Assembly (NCBI GenBank): GCA_013239625.1 | Contig: MU053304.1 | Coordinates: forward strand, 992,001-1,056,000 | Direction of reading: 5' to 3' | DNA: 64,000 bases | DNA from: Lama guanicoe | Lineage: Eukaryota | Shown: positions 25,821-39,430 of the stretch, piece after piece | Layout: each line of letters opens with the position of its first letter | How positions within the stretch are numbered: position 1 is the stretch's first letter | Translations under genes and position numbers: made by a program | Notes under the pieces: generated by a model | What the model was told of the DNA's origin: nothing | The model's database searches: none | What the model saw: the letters and a program-made list of their open reading frames with translations, nothing else

Positions 25821-26826
25821 CAGCATTGGCCTTTCTAAAAAGCCCCAGCCAGTTGTGTTGTGGGATGGGCCACATGGTGGATTAATCTGGTTATTTATTC
25901 ATGATTAGATTCAGGATCAGTATTTTTGGCAGGAATACGACCTGGATGGAGGACGCTATCTACTTCTCGTTGCTTCTCATCGGCAGGCAAATCACGTCAG
26001 GTTGTGCCCTCTTGGTGATTCTGAGTTTGATCACCAAGCCTCTCTCCACTTTGTAATGAGAAAGTAAACTGCGGGATTGTCACACGGTCAGAGGATCAGC
26101 GGAATATCCAGCTCACCCAGTAGTTTTAGCTCATCTCATTGATGAGACTTAGTACGATGGGGGTCACAAAAGTGGAGGGTTTTCATTCTTTTTTTAATTC
26201 CACATTTACTAGCTGGCATTTTTTCTGTAAGAATTTCCCCTATGCTTTTTTCTCTAAAAATTACACTATGGATTCATGGATTTAAAAAACTGTATTATAA
26301 TCTAATACTATCATGATTCATTTTGATGTTCACATTTTCCCACACTGAGCGATGGCAGCCTCTAGGTCAGGGCCTGAATCCCTTTAACATGATCACATTT
26401 ATCTTTGTGTATCTTTTTGCTTTTTGGCACAACAAGACATTCCAGGCTCCCATTGTATATTTTTATTCCAGACGTGGAATTAACCATTTCTTTGAGGAGT
26501 CTTTGTTCCTGGTTCCCTTAGTGGTGAATGGTACGTAGGAAGCAAGAACTTAGTGTTATGTGTGCTCATTGCTACAGGGGTGTCATCACTTCTGGGCCCA
26601 TCAGTGAACAGAACCGGGAAACTCATCAAAAAGAACATGAGTTCAAACTGATGTTTCCACCTCAAATTTAACTTTATATGGTTTTTTCTTTAACTTCTTT
26701 TACTTACTACTAGTAACTTTATTCTCTTACAGTAAAATATGTATTTGCTTCATACTATATAATACATAAAAGTTCAGAACTATAAGACCAGTATTGCAAC
26801 TAACAGAACACCTACTAGGTAAGGTA

Positions 26827-27035
26827 CAGTTGAACAACACGGGGGTTAGGAGCACTCGGGCTCTGTGCAGTCGAAAATCCGTGTATAATTTATAGTCAGC
26901 CTCTGTATCCCTGTTTCCACACCTGCAGATTCAACCAACCAAGGATCATTTGTACTGCATTACCTATTTAAGTGAAAAAATTCTGCATATAAGCAGACCC
27001 ATGAAGTTCAAACTCATGTTGTTCAAGGGTCAATG
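26827..27035. mobile_element. Tigger2a-like (TcMar-Tigger) DNA transposon
   Basis: cagttgaacaacacggggg..gcagtcgaaaatccgtgtataa..tgttgttcaagggtcaatg, flanked by TA dinucleotides. Confidence 0.8.
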
Positions 27036-27889
27036 TATAAGATTTTTTTTTAACATTTAAAAAATTTTTAGAAAAATTAGAGTACTCCCTCAGTGTGGTC
27101 ATGTTATCAGTTTAATATATAATCAGTTTGTTTTGTTCCTGTTTGCACTCCATTGTAGGGTTTGCTTTATCCCATTCTTTTAAATTTAATTTTTTGAATA
27201 CATCAAACATTTACATGTTTCAAAGTTAAGATGATATCCAAAGGTACACAAGAAATCTCACTGCCATCCCCGGTCCTTCTGCGTTGTCCCTGACATCTCC
27301 ATAGTTGACCCTTTTCATTAGCTTCTGTTATACTTCCTGTATTTCTTTTTGTGAAAATAACACACACATACTCTTGTTTTCTCTTCTTCTTTATACAAAA
27401 GACAATATAAGGTATATCCTCTTTTTCCCTATTACCCTGCACTTTGTTCCCCACTCATTTCTTCCTGTTTTGGAACATTCTGCCTTCACATAGAATCCAT
27501 TTGGTGTTGGTTTTTGTCTAATCCCTTGATGCTGGATATTTGGGAGAATCGTATGTGTTACCCTTGATGCCAGGGCATGGGAATACCTGGGTCCTTTGGA
27601 GGCTGGCATGGCCTCCAGATTCTGAAAGCGATGAGAAGGCAGTAGGACAAAGATGCAAAATTGGGCGAAGGTCATACTGCAGGCTGACCTCCCCTGACCT
27701 CCCCTGTCCGCCACTAGTCCTCTGATGTCTCTTGGAAGGTAGGTGGCTTTGGGAGTAGGTCTGGGGAGAGGAGCTCTGACCCTTGAGGATAGTAAATGTT
27801 GCAAGGAAAAAAGCAGCTTTTTCTTGCCTTAGTCCAACAACACTTAGTCAAAGAAACACTTGCCTTTGTCAAAGTGCACACTTAAAAAA

Positions 27890-28590
27890 ACAAACTGAGG
27901 TAAAAGTCACATAAAATTTAACACTTAAACCATTTCAAAGTGTACATTTAGTGGTTTTTAGAGCATCCACAATATTTCATAACCACATTTTCATCACCCC
28001 GAAAGGAAACCTCATACCCATTAAGTAGTCCCGCCCCATTTCCCCTCCCCCACAGCACCTGGGGAGATCACTAACTTGCTTTCTGTCTGTATGGATTTAC
28101 CTATTCTTGACATTTCAGATAAATGGAATAATAAAATCTGTGCCCTTTGTCTCTGGCTTCTTTCACGTAGCATGTTTTCAAGGTTCATCTGTGTTGCATA
28201 TATACCAGAATTTCATTCCTTTTTGTGACTAAATAGTTCATTCTATTGATCTGCTACAGTCCATCTATCTATTTATTAGCTGAGAGACAGCTGGCTGCTT
28301 CCACCTTTGGCCACTGTGAATGGTGCTGCTATGAACATTCTTACATAAGTCTTTGTTTCAACACTAATTGTCTATTCTTCTGGGCATATACCAAGGAGGG
28401 GAAGTTCTGGGCCATATAACTCTATTTTTAACTTTTTGGGGAACCACCAAATTGCCTTCCACAGCAGCTACACCATTTGACTTTGCCAGCAGCAATGTAA
28501 AGCAGTATGAGGATCCCAGTTTCTCCTCATTCTCACCAACACTTGCTATTTTTTGTGTTTGACTATAGCCAACCTAGTGGGTGTGAAGTG
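27890..28590 (-). mobile_element. L1MA/MB-type 3' end
   Basis: Antisense L1 3' text (ctgtctgtatggatttacctattcttgacatttcagataaatggaat..ttccacctttggcc..gtgaatggtgctgctatgaacatt). Confidence 0.85.
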
Positions 28591-29854
28591 GTCAAAGTAT
28601 ACACTTTTGGACACAAGCTTGAGATGTCATATTATATGGGCTAATGTTGCCTTTTGGTTTCATGAGGCTGCTTAAAGCTTCCATTTCCCTGTAAATAAGA
28701 TTAGTCTTTGTTAAACTCTTTACATTAAGTTGGTAACCCCCGAGACTCACAGCTTATAGGAGGAGAATCTTGGTATACATTAAGCATGATGTTAGCTTAA
28801 TATTTGCAAAAAGAAAATCAAAGAAATCAACTTTTTACAGCCTATGGCCACACTCACAGTGTACTATGGGAGTATGGAAAAACAAAGGTGATATTATTAA
28901 CCTGGGGGAAGGGTGTGAAATACATACTGAGACCTGCGACCTTCAGGACGCATTTAAAATCTAAAATGATGTGTGTGGTCAGGGTAACCTGGCCCAGGCC
29001 TGTAGTATCCAGGCTTCTTGATAAAACCACATGAATGGGAAGGTAACCTTCTCACGACCAGCTCTCTCAGGGGACTTTTTCAGCCAGGCCCCTGACTGCG
29101 CTGCTCAGAGCCTTAGCTGCACGGAGGCCAGGCTCTGGGGCTGGAGGACCCCTGTGAGTCAGAGCCCGACACCAGCAAAGGTTAGAATTACCACTTCCTG
29201 TATGTGAAAAACACTCAGGGGAATGTCAGCTCCCACCATGGCCATGAATCAAATCAGATTCTTTCTCTATGCCTCAGCCTTACAAAGTCCTGAAAAAAAC
29301 CAAGGTGTGGCCCACGGAGTGCACAGGGGGGAGGCCCAAGGTAGTGTTCCTTACAGCTGGTTAATGGTTGTGATTATGGTTATTCCTCAGGGTTGGCAGC
29401 CAAGCAGGTGTCAATAACATTCCTTCAGTCATCTAGGTCTTTACTCATGTTATCCTCATGCTAAGTAAAGTATCAGCGGCCGAAGTTTGGAAGTGGAGAA
29501 ATTCTACCTGGTGAGTCAGGAAAGGCTGGAAAGATGAGGGGGGATTTGTCGGGGGCCTACCTTAAAGGATGGATGGAATTGAGATGGAAGAGGACAAGGG
29601 GGTGGGGGACAGAGGCAGGAAGATTCAGGTGCATCCCACATACACAACCTGACAGTTGAGCCTGGAACCAAAGGTGAGTATCCTGGAGTAGAAAGGACAC
29701 TTCTGGGATAAAACTATAAACAGGAAATGTATCCAAAAGTGCTTGTGGCAATTTTCCTTTAAATACTTAGTGGTTAAACCTAAAAAATTCGAGGTTATTA
29801 AACAGGCATAATTATTCGCTGGCACTGTTAACTGTGAGATTTCTTTCATGCTTA

Positions 29855-30445
29855 TGTTGCGGAAAAATGTGTTACAGCTCGGTGTTATAGCTTAGTGTTA
29901 GAAAGTTAGAAAGCTCAGTTGTGACAACAACCTGGATCCAGGCGAGAGACCAAGCAGCACTCAAAGAGTCGGAGAACTCAGGTTTATTACGCCACTGGTC
30001 CCAGTGAAGTTAACACTCCAAGCTCTGGACCCTGTCTGTAGGTTTACAAAGGCTTTATAGACTGCCAGTTTACACTTTGCAACATCATATGCAAATAAGG
30101 TATAACAAAAGTTGACTAACTAGGAACAAGCTTTGTAGAAATAGACCAATCTGGAGTGAGAGAAATAACCAATCAAGAGTGAGCTCCATGCAAATAAAGT
30201 ACTACAAATGGACCAATCACATAGGGAAGTGGACCAATCAGAAGTGAGAGTAATAACCAATCAGGAGTGAAGGAAATAACCAATCAGAAGTGAGCTCAGG
30301 GAACCAATAGACTTTTAGGGATAAGTAAGCCGGTTCAGAGGCAAAAAGTGAGACAGAGCCTCTGGGCCAGGGAACTGGATGGTGCTGGCACGAGAGTAGT
30401 GGCCCTGCTTGGGGGTCTTGCCAGTCTTTTTATGGGGCTTCCCAC
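29855..30445 (-). mobile_element. Solo ERV1-type LTR with a tandem CCAAT array
   Basis: Begins tgttgcgg after ctta (29851-29854) and ends before ctta (30446-30449), a 4-bp TSD. Minus-strand AATAAA (tttatt, about 29983) and TATA-like CTATAAAGCC (30051-30060). Seven CCAAT motifs at 30146-30308. Confidence 0.75.
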
Positions 30446-30669
30446 CTTAGTTACTCTACTCAATATTTGCCAGACTAAAAAGACAGTCACTTTCAACTGA
30501 GATGGGGCAGGATATTTTGGGGGCACCTGGATTACCCAAGAAAGTTACACTTACCCTGGGGTTCAGGGGTAGTTATGAAAAGCATCTGCTCTCACAGCCC
30601 AAAGTGTCCCAGTTTGGACAATAAATTATATTGGCATTCTATTTATCATGATTATTATTACAACTAATT

Positions 30670-31735
30670 TTTAAAAATTGTAAAATACGCATAACATAAA
30701 GTTTTCCATTGTAAACGTTTTGTTTGTTTGTTTTTTGAGGGGGAAGTAATTAGGTTTATTTGTTTATTTATATTTAGAGGAGGTACTGGGGACTGAACCC
30801 AGGACCTTGTGCATGCTCAGCATGTGCTCTGCCACTGGAGCTACACCTTCCCCTCATTGTAACTGTTTTTAAGTGTATAGTTCAATGCCATTAAATACAT
30901 TCTCATTGTTGTGCAACTATCACCACCATTCACCTCCAGAACTCTTTTCATCTTGTAAAACTGAAACTCTGTGCTCATTAAACATTAACTCCCCATTCCT
31001 CCCTCCCTGCCTGCCAGCCCTGGGTAACCACCACTTGACTTTCTGGTTTTATGAATTTGACTCCTCGAGGTACCTCACATAACTGCAGTCATACTGTATT
31101 TGTCTTTTTGTGACTGGCTTGTTTCACTTAGCATAATATTTTTGAGATTCATCCATGTTGTAGTGTGTGTCAGAGTTTCCCTCCTTTTAAAGGCAGAATA
31201 GTATTTCATTATCTATATCAACACTGAGTTTTGTTTATCCATTCATCCATCTGTAGATGGACGTTCAAGTTTCTTCCGTCTTCTGGCTCTTGTGAATAAT
31301 GCTGCTATAAACATAGGTGTACCAATATCTGTTGTGTCTCTGTTTTTAATTCTTTCATTCCAGAAGTGGAACTGCTGGATCATATGATAATTCTATGTTT
31401 AATTTTTTGAGGAACTTCCACACTGTTTGCAGTGGTGCACAGCCATTCCAATGTCTCCGCATCCTCACCAACACTTTTTTGGTGTGTTTTTTAGTAATAG
31501 TCATCCTAATGGGCATGAAGGGATATCTCAGTGCAAATGAAACCGATTGCATGTTCCTAACGACAGTGCTGTTGAGCATCTTTTCGTGTGCTTTTTGCCC
31601 ATTTGAATATCTTCTTTGGAGCAACGTCTATTCAAGTCTTTTATCCATTTTGAATCAGGTCGTTTATTTTTTATTTTATCTTTTGAGTTTTAGGAGCTCT
31701 TTGTATATTCTGGATATTAATCTCTTATTTAATAT
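30670..31735 (-). mobile_element. L1MA/MB-type 3' end (contains SINE 30717-30855)
   Basis: Antisense L1 3' UTR and ORF2 end. ORF 31355..31624 contains WKFLKKLNIELSYDPAVPLL. Confidence 0.9.
30717..30855 (-). mobile_element. Camelid-type tRNA-derived SINE
   Basis: Reverse strand: ggggaaggtgtagctccagtggcagagcacatgctgagcatgcacaaggtcctgggttcagtccccagtacctcc (A and B boxes) plus an A-rich tail. TSD cattgtaaacgtttt / cattgtaactgtttt. Confidence 0.85.
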
Positions 31736-32249
31736 GTCATGGATTTTGTTGTACATGATTTTGGAACTTTTCTTCCCTGTAAAATTGAGATATAAAGAAT
31801 GCTCAAACTGGGCTTTTATTGAATGACTCATAGTCTAAATGCATAATTAAATTGTATAATTAAAGTTTAGAATGCCATCTTAAAGGTTATTTAGTTTAAT
31901 GTTACAAATGCACATACATCAAACAATTTTTGCAAAGATTAGAATTGTGATAAAATCAAATCTCTATTATTCTGCTTAATATTCCCATTTAAATCGTTTA
32001 ATTATACGTTGTACTATAAAGGACACATTGTTTTTCTTAAAAGTTATCTAATGAAGAATTCTTTCTTAGCCATCAGTTTACTTCCTGATTTACCTACTGA
32101 GAAGCTCTTAATAACTCTTTTGGAATATAAAATAAACACCTTTCACAATCGTCATTAATTCTTGCAGCATTTTACTCTGGTTATTGGCATTACTTTATCC
32201 TTAAATGTTTTGTTAGTTATTCACCAGTGAGATCATCTGGGCTTGCTGC

Positions 32250-32280
32250 CTCCTTCCTTCCTTCCCCTCTCTTCCTTCCT

Positions 32281-32356
<76 letters not shown>

Positions 32357-32537
32357 ACTCTCTTTCCTTTCTTCCTTCCTTCCTTCCTTTTTCTTTCTTT
32401 CCTTCCTTCCTTCCTTCCTTCCTTCCTTCCTTCCTTCCTTCCTTCCTTCCTCTTTCTGTGTAGGGTGGAATGGGGATATTGACTGGTAGGGAATATTTTT
32501 ATATTGTGGTACCATTATGTTGGTTATATGGGTTATT

Positions 32538-32576
<39 letters not shown>

Positions 32577-32632
32577 CTCTTTCTTTCTTTCTCTCTCTCT
32601 CTCTCTCTTTCTTTTCTTTTCTTTTCTTTTCT
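32250..32632. repeat. Two (TTTC)n/(TTCC)n pyrimidine microsatellite blocks (about 32250-32457 and 32537-32632)
   Basis: Directly visible tandem tetranucleotide repeats. Confidence 0.95.
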
Positions 32633-32659
32633 CCAGAAAGAGAAAGTTTATGTGAAAGC

Positions 32660-35600
32660 TTTTTAATTGTTCAAATTTTTTTGAAACCTTATTAATTGTT
32701 GACTCAATTTCTTTGAGTAGACCTATGCAGATTATGTTTCTCCTTGTGCCAGTTTTGGCAGATTGTGCCTTTGAATGAACTGGTCCATTCATCTAAATTA
32801 CTAAGTTTGTGGGCATAGAGTTGTTCTTAATCTCCCTTTATTATCCTTTTAATGTCCAAGGGATCACTAGTGATTGTCCCTCTTTCTTTTCTGATATTTG
32901 TAACTTGTGTCTTCTCTCTTCGGTTAGCCTGGCTAGAGGTTTATCAGTTTTGTTAATTCCACCCCCTCGCCTCGCCCCTGCAAAACAGCTTTTGGTTTGT
33001 TGATTTTCTCTATTAATTACCTGTTTTCAAGTTCATTGGTTTCTGTTCCAAATTTTTACCATTTCTTTTCTTCTGCTTACTTGGGTATTATATTGCTCTT
33101 ATTTTTCTAGTTTCTTCAGGTGAAGGCTTAGATGATTAATTTTATATCTTTCTTCTTTTCTAATATGTGAATTCAATACTTGCTATAAATTTCCCTCTAA
33201 GTTCTGCTTTTGCTGCACCCCACCAATTTTGATAAGTTTCATCTTCAATAAAATATTTTAAAATATTTTCAAATTAATTTTTCCCTTGAGACATCTTTGA
33301 CCCATATGTTATTTAAAAGTAAGGTGTTTAATCTTCAAATATTTTGGGATTTTGCAGCTATCTTTCTGTCATTGTTTTCTAGTTTCATTCCGCTATGGTC
33401 TAAAAATATAATTTACTTGATTTTTGTCCTTTTAAACTTGTTTAGATCTGTTTTATGGCCCAGGATGTGGTCTCTCTTGGTGACCATTCTATGTGAGCTT
33501 GAGAAAAATATGTATTCTGCTGTGGTTGGGTGAAGTATTCTATAAATGCCAGTTAGATCCAATTGATTGGTGCTGTTCAGTTCAGCCATATCCTTACTGA
33601 TTTTTTTGCCTGCTGGATCTGTCAAGTACTGATGGAAGGGTGGCATAGTCTCCAACTATAACAGTGGGTTTGTCTTTCTCTTTGCAGTTCTATCAGTTTT
33701 TGCCTTACCTATTTTGACACTCTGTTGTTAAAAGCATACACATCAAGATCATTGTTTTCTTGAAGAATTGACCCCTTTATCATTACCTAATGTTCTTTTT
33801 TATTCCTGACAATTTTCCTTGTTCTGAAGTCCATTTTATCTGAAATTAATATAGCTAACCAGTTTTCTTTTGATTAGTTTGCATGGTACCCTCCATCCCT
33901 TCAATTTTCTTTAATTTTAATAAAACTTAAAAAGATTTTAATAAAATTTTAATTATTTTTTATTATTGGATTATTTTTATTATTTATTTTTATTATTGTA
34001 AAATAAAAATAACAAAAAAATTATCACCTTAACCATTTTAAGTGTACATTTCAGTTATATTACATACATTTTTATTTGTTGTGCAACCATCACCACTGTC
34101 CATCTCCAGAACTCTTTTATCTTGCAAAAGTGGAACTATATCCATTAAATAATAACTCCTCGCCCCATCCTCAGCAACCACTATTCTACTCTGTCTCTGT
34201 GAATTTGACTACACTCTAGATAATTCATATGTGTGGAATCATACAGTATTTATCTTTTTTTTTTCTGTGACTGGCTTATTTCACTTAGCATAATGTCCTT
34301 AAGATTCGTTCATGTTGTAGCATATATCAGAATTTCCATCGTTTTTAAGGCTTCCATCTCTTTAATTTTAATCTATCCGTATCTTTATGTTGAGAATCAT
34401 TTTCTTGTAGATGACATATGGTTGGGCCTTGTTTTTTATGCACTGTGTCTTGTTTTTGTATGACAGTCTCTGTCTTTTAATTGTTCTGTTTAGACCATTC
34501 ACATTTAAAGTAATTATTGATATAGTTGGATTAATATTTGTCATGTTTGCAATTGTTGTCTAATCATTGCACTTGTTTTTTGTTTCGTTTTAGAAGTTTA
34601 CACCCTTGTTCTACCTTCCCTGGCTTTATTTGAGCATTTAAAATGATTCCACTTTCTCTCCTCTCTTAGTGCATCAGTTATATTTCTCTTAGTGGTTGTT
34701 CTACAGTTTGCAATAGACATTTGCAATGTAAGTCCACTTTCAATGAGCACTATATTGCTTCACTGTAGTGCAGATGTCTATAACAGTGTGTTCCCAGTTC
34801 CTCCCTCCTGTCCCTTATAATATTGCTGTCATTTGTTTCGCTTATCCATAAGCTATAACCACCTACATTGTTGCTATTATTACTTTGAGCAATTACCTAT
34901 TAGATCAATTTAGATCAAGAAAAATAAAAAATTTATTTTACTTTTATTTATTCTTCTCTAATGTTCTTCCTCATTTTATATAAGTCTGAGTTTCCTAGTT
35001 ATATCATTTTTTTTCTCTCTAAAGAACCCCTTTTAACATTTCTTGCAAGGCAGTCTACTGGCAACAAATTCCCTCAGTTTTTGTTTGCTTGAGAAAGTCT
35101 TTATTTCCCCTCACTTTTGAAGACTGGTTTCACTGCATGCAGAATTCTAGGTTGGTAGATTTCTTCCTTCCAGCACTTCACTTTCTTCGTACTTGCATGT
35201 TTTTTGACAAGAAGTCCAGATGTAATTCTTATTCCTGTTCCTCTCTATGTAAATTTTTTTTCGCTGCTTTGGCTTCCCCCCTCCAAAGATTTTCTCTCTG
35301 TTTTTGGTTTTGGGCCGTCTGAATATGATACGCCTGGGCATAGCTTATTTGGTATTTATTCTGCTTGTTCTCTAATCTTCCTGGGTCTGTGGCTTGGTGT
35401 CTCTCATTAATTCTGGAAAATTCACAAATATTTTAAATATTTGTCTGTTCCTCTCTCTTTCTTTCTGGTAGTCCCATTATAAGCATGCTATACCTTTTGC
35501 AATTGTCCTTTTGTTCTTGGATAGTGTCCTATTTTCTTCATTCTCTTTCCTGTTTGCATTTCAGTTTTGATTGCTAGTATTTCTTTTTGATTATTTCTTA

Positions 35601-37230
35601 GAGTTTTCATCCCTTTGCCTTCATTACCCATCTATTTTACATGTATCTACTCTATCAAAGCCCTTAACATATTAATCATAGTTATTTTAAGTTGTCTCTC
35701 TGATAATTCCAAAATCTGTGTCATTTCTGAGTCTGGTTCTGATGCTTGCTTTCTCCCTTCAAACTGAGTATTTTGTTGCTTTTTAGCATGCCTTGTAATT
35801 TATCATGGAAAGCTGGATGTGACGTATGTGAGCTAATCAGGACCTGAGGCTTTCAGTGTGTGGTTTTCTGTTAATCTTTCTAGGATCCGGGCTACGTTTA
35901 ATATTTGCTATAGCCATAGTTGACAGAGACTTCAGTTTCCTAATTTTATTTATTTTTTTCTCCTCTGCTGTTTTGGGGTTTCCCTAAGAACTCCATTTTA
36001 AATAGAGTCTGTGTCTTGCAGCTCTCTCAATTGTAATTTACTTCTGTTATACTGGAGTTTGTTGATGTGGTGATAAGTGTAGTGAGTTGAATAGTGTTCC
36101 CTACAATTTCATGTTCGCCTGGAACCTCAGAATGTGACCTTATTTGGAAATAGGGTCTTTGCAGATGTAATTTGTCACATTAACAAGGTCATACAGGATT
36201 AAGGTGGGCCCTAAATCCAATGATCAATATTTTTATAAGAAGAGGAAAGGACACACAGGGATACACATGGACACACAGGGATACACACAGACACACAGAA
36301 AGAAAGCATATGATGACAGAGGCAGACATTGGAGAGATGCAGTCACAAGCCAAGGAGTGCCAAAGATGGCTGGCAGCCACCAGAAACTAGGGAGAGGCTT
36401 CCCTAAAGCTTTCAAACAGAGCACGGCCCTGCCAGCACCTTGATTTTGGACTTGTAGCCTCCAGAACACTGACAGAGTAAATTTCTATTGTCTAAGCCAC
36501 TCAGTTTGTGGCACCTCGTTACAGTAGCCCTAGGAAATTAACGGAGTTAGGCATTTGAGGGGGAACAGTCTATGATCTTATGATTGAATCTCAGGGGGCC
36601 ACAGATCCTGGGCTTGACCTTCAGAAGCATTTCTTCCTCTTTTTCTCCCTTCTTTTCTGTATGTGGGACTGAAGTCTGGAGGGGGCTGGAGCTGCCTTGT
36701 TGCCCTTCCCCCAGGGCAGATAAGGCGCTGGTAAAACTGTTTCCCTTGATGGAGGGCCTTAGTTAAGGAGAACAGAATGCTCTGGGTTTTCAAAATGGTT
36801 ACATGCCCCAAGTGTATTTTAGAAGGTTACTTTTCTCCTCCCCTTCCCTGAAGGCACAGGGATTTCCTCTTCACCTTCACAGTGAGAACCTGGTGGGGCT
36901 CCTGGAGGTAAACCCCAGGAAAGTGAGGGGCCTCCCTAAGACTGGAACCCCAGGAGTTTTTAACTCTCAAGCTGGTCCACACCCAGCTTCCAGCGATCCA
37001 TCTAATCATTTAAGTGCTCCTGCCCGTTGCTGGCTCCAGTGACGGCATCTGCTCCTGGTAAGTCGTGATGCTTTGTGTTCACCTGTCTCTCCGGGGCGAT
37101 GGTTTCATTTCGGGGTGGTGGCTCACCCTGCGACCTCAATTCTCCAATTAATCTAAGAAAAGTAGTTGATTTTTCAGTTTATTCAACTTTTTTCATGTGA
37201 GGATGGAAGTAACGACTTCCAAGTCTTTAC
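32660..37230 (-). mobile_element. Decayed old L1 (5' region, ORF1, start of ORF2) with nested L1 3' fragment (about 33960-34350) and MLT1
   Basis: ORF 33413..33655 encodes a recognisable L1 endonuclease segment (LDLTGIYRILHPTTAEYIFFSSSH..KRDHILGHKTDLNKFKR). Boundaries approximate. Confidence 0.8.
36078..36542 (+). mobile_element. MLT1B/C MaLR LTR
   Basis: tgtagtgagttgaatagtg..gaacctcagaatgtgaccttatttggaaatagggtctttgcagatgtaat..agccactcagtttgtggc..cagtagccctaggaaa. Confidence 0.9.
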
Positions 37231-38169
37231 GTGTGTGCGGGGTCTTATGGTGTTTTTTTGTCATTCAGACTTGTACATAGTTTTGTATTACGATTCAATC
37301 TCCCTACTAATTCTTCTTTTTTCCTTTTTAAAGGCCCCCCACCTCCGCTGCAGACTATAGGAAAACAGACATGGAGTAACAAAAATTTTTTTAAAAAAAG
37401 GGAAAATTACAGAGGTCCAGAATCTTATAAAATCTCTCAGAGCAATGACTTTCTGGTCTGTGATTCTGGCTTCCCTTCTAGAAATTTCTTGATAACCCAA
37501 GTTACCTCTCCTGCATCTGACCTTGGTGGATGATGGTCACTGCTCTCACTCTGCCACCAAAGCAATTCTTATCTTATCCTTCTCAAAAATTGTTCCTTGT
37601 GTGTTTCCTTGTCTTGCTGTTACTTTGTAAACAATCTAAGGTCCTAGGCTCAGTCTTCTCTGCCCTTGATAGCTGCCTGCAGTTTTGCACAAAGCCAGTC
37701 TGTGATTAGGACTCTGGGAAGGTGGATTGTTAGTTGAAATGGATTCTTTTCCCTAGTTGGTTTGGTGTAGAATGAATCATACATATTGCTGAACGACCAC
37801 TTACTATCACATAGGGGCAGGCATGCACCCATGTGTCTGTCCTGTGAGCCTCATGGTATTAGGGACAGATGTCCCCTAGGAATCTGAACAACCTTCAGAC
37901 CCTTTTTGAATGACTCTTTTTGAATCTGACAAGTAGAAATCTGTCCAAAACGTCAAAGCATGTTTGTTATAGAAAACTTGGGAAATACAACCAAGCACAA
38001 AGAGGAAAATAAAAATGATCTATCATCCCACAGTCATTATTTTGGTACAATTCCTCTGACCTTTTATTCATGGTGCTAATAATCAGGGGGAAGAAAGTGA
38101 ATTCCCTAGAAATCAACAAAAATGAAGTATTACTATTGCTGTGATTGTTATATATAACACAAAAAGGGC

Positions 38170-38405
38170 TAACACAGTGGTTTAGGAATGAGGCTGGACA
38201 GGAACAAAGCCTTTTCAGCTGATGTGTCTAGGTTCAAATCCCACGTCTGTCGCTTACCTTGGGTAAGCTGCTTCTCTGTGATTCAGTTTCCTCATATGCA
38301 AAATGAAACCAATACCACCTTCCTCCTAGGGTGGTAGAGAGTAATTAAATGATCCAATGTACATTAAATATGTAACACAGTGTTGGGAACAAAATGTTCA
38401 GTAAG
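38170..38405 (+). mobile_element. MIR SINE
   Basis: ggttcaaatccc..cttgggtaagctgcttctctgtgattcagtttcctcatatgcaaaatg. Confidence 0.8.
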
Positions 38406-38539
38406 TGGAGCAGCTGGAGGGAAAGAAGTGTGAGGAGATGGAAGTGGAGGTTACATGGTACACCGTGCTCACCGTTCTACTTCCAGTGGAAGATTTCCTG
38501 CTGTTTTAGATGTGATTTATGACAGCTGAAACCCGTATT

Positions 38540-39430
38540 CCAGCTTGTCTTCACAGAGAAATGCCAGTTAACAAATAAAAAAGGAATGATAGAATTAGAT
38601 AATCACCATTTTGCCAAGACCTCTGTAATAACTGATCCAATCAATATCATCAACAGATGCTAAAGCCATTGGGTGAAGGCGTGTGGGGTACAGGGTATGT
38701 GCATAGTATCAAAGTTTCACTTCACAGATTATGTATTAATTACAGTAGAGACATCTGTCAGACATCACCTTAATTAAAGGATCAAAAATCATAGATTCAT
38801 AAATAATGGGACAAACTACTATTATGTGCTTCCTGATGTGAATAATTAGGAAGGACACAACATCACCTAAGTAGTATTCTTGCCAAAAAATAGTTAATCT
38901 GAATTGCATCACGGGGAAGCAAGTAGGCAAGTACAGTCTGGGGAATAGTCTGTAAGACTTTTAAAAAATGTCGATGTCATGAAAGACAAAAATGGTGGGG
39001 AGACAGCACTAGAAAAAAATATATACTAAATAGTCAAATACAATGTGTGAAACTTGATTGGATGTAGGATAATAAGTTTTCTTAAAGGATATAAAAACAT
39101 TTTGGAAATAATTGGAGAAATTTGAATAGGAACTGTTTATTAGATAATATTATCATGTCCATGTTAAATTTCATGGGTGTGGTGATGGTATTGTGGTTAT
39201 GTGAGAGAGTATCCTTTTTTCTAAGTAGATGCAGGTGAAATAATTAGGGTGACAGTAACCTTACGTTTGCAACTTTCTTTCAAATGGTTCAGCAAAAAAG
39301 GCATGTATATACATAGATACGTGGGTATGTGTATATATGTATATAATTTGTAAAGGATAAATGGGTGTTTATTTAATTGTCTTTCAACTTCTCTGCAAGT
39401 TTAGTCTTTTAAAGAATAAAAAATTGAGGA
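38540..39430 (+). mobile_element. L1MC/ME-type 3' end
   Basis: aatgatagaattagataatcaccattttgc..ggacacaacatcacc..tattcttgccaaaaa..tttgcaactttctttcaaatggttcag. Confidence 0.75.

Larger units (their letters stand above)
25280..27450 (-). mobile_element. Fragmented old L1 (L1MC/ME-type) 3' region, interrupted by a SINE remnant and a Tigger element
   Basis: Antisense L1MC/ME motifs (agttaacatttgctatatttgc..ttgctgaacaatttgaaagtaaattgc..; ggaattaaccatttctttgaggag). Boundaries approximate. Confidence 0.7.

Noticed and set aside
32213..32792. KERK/FLSF-repeat ORFs
   Set aside because: Translations of (TTTC)n microsatellites.
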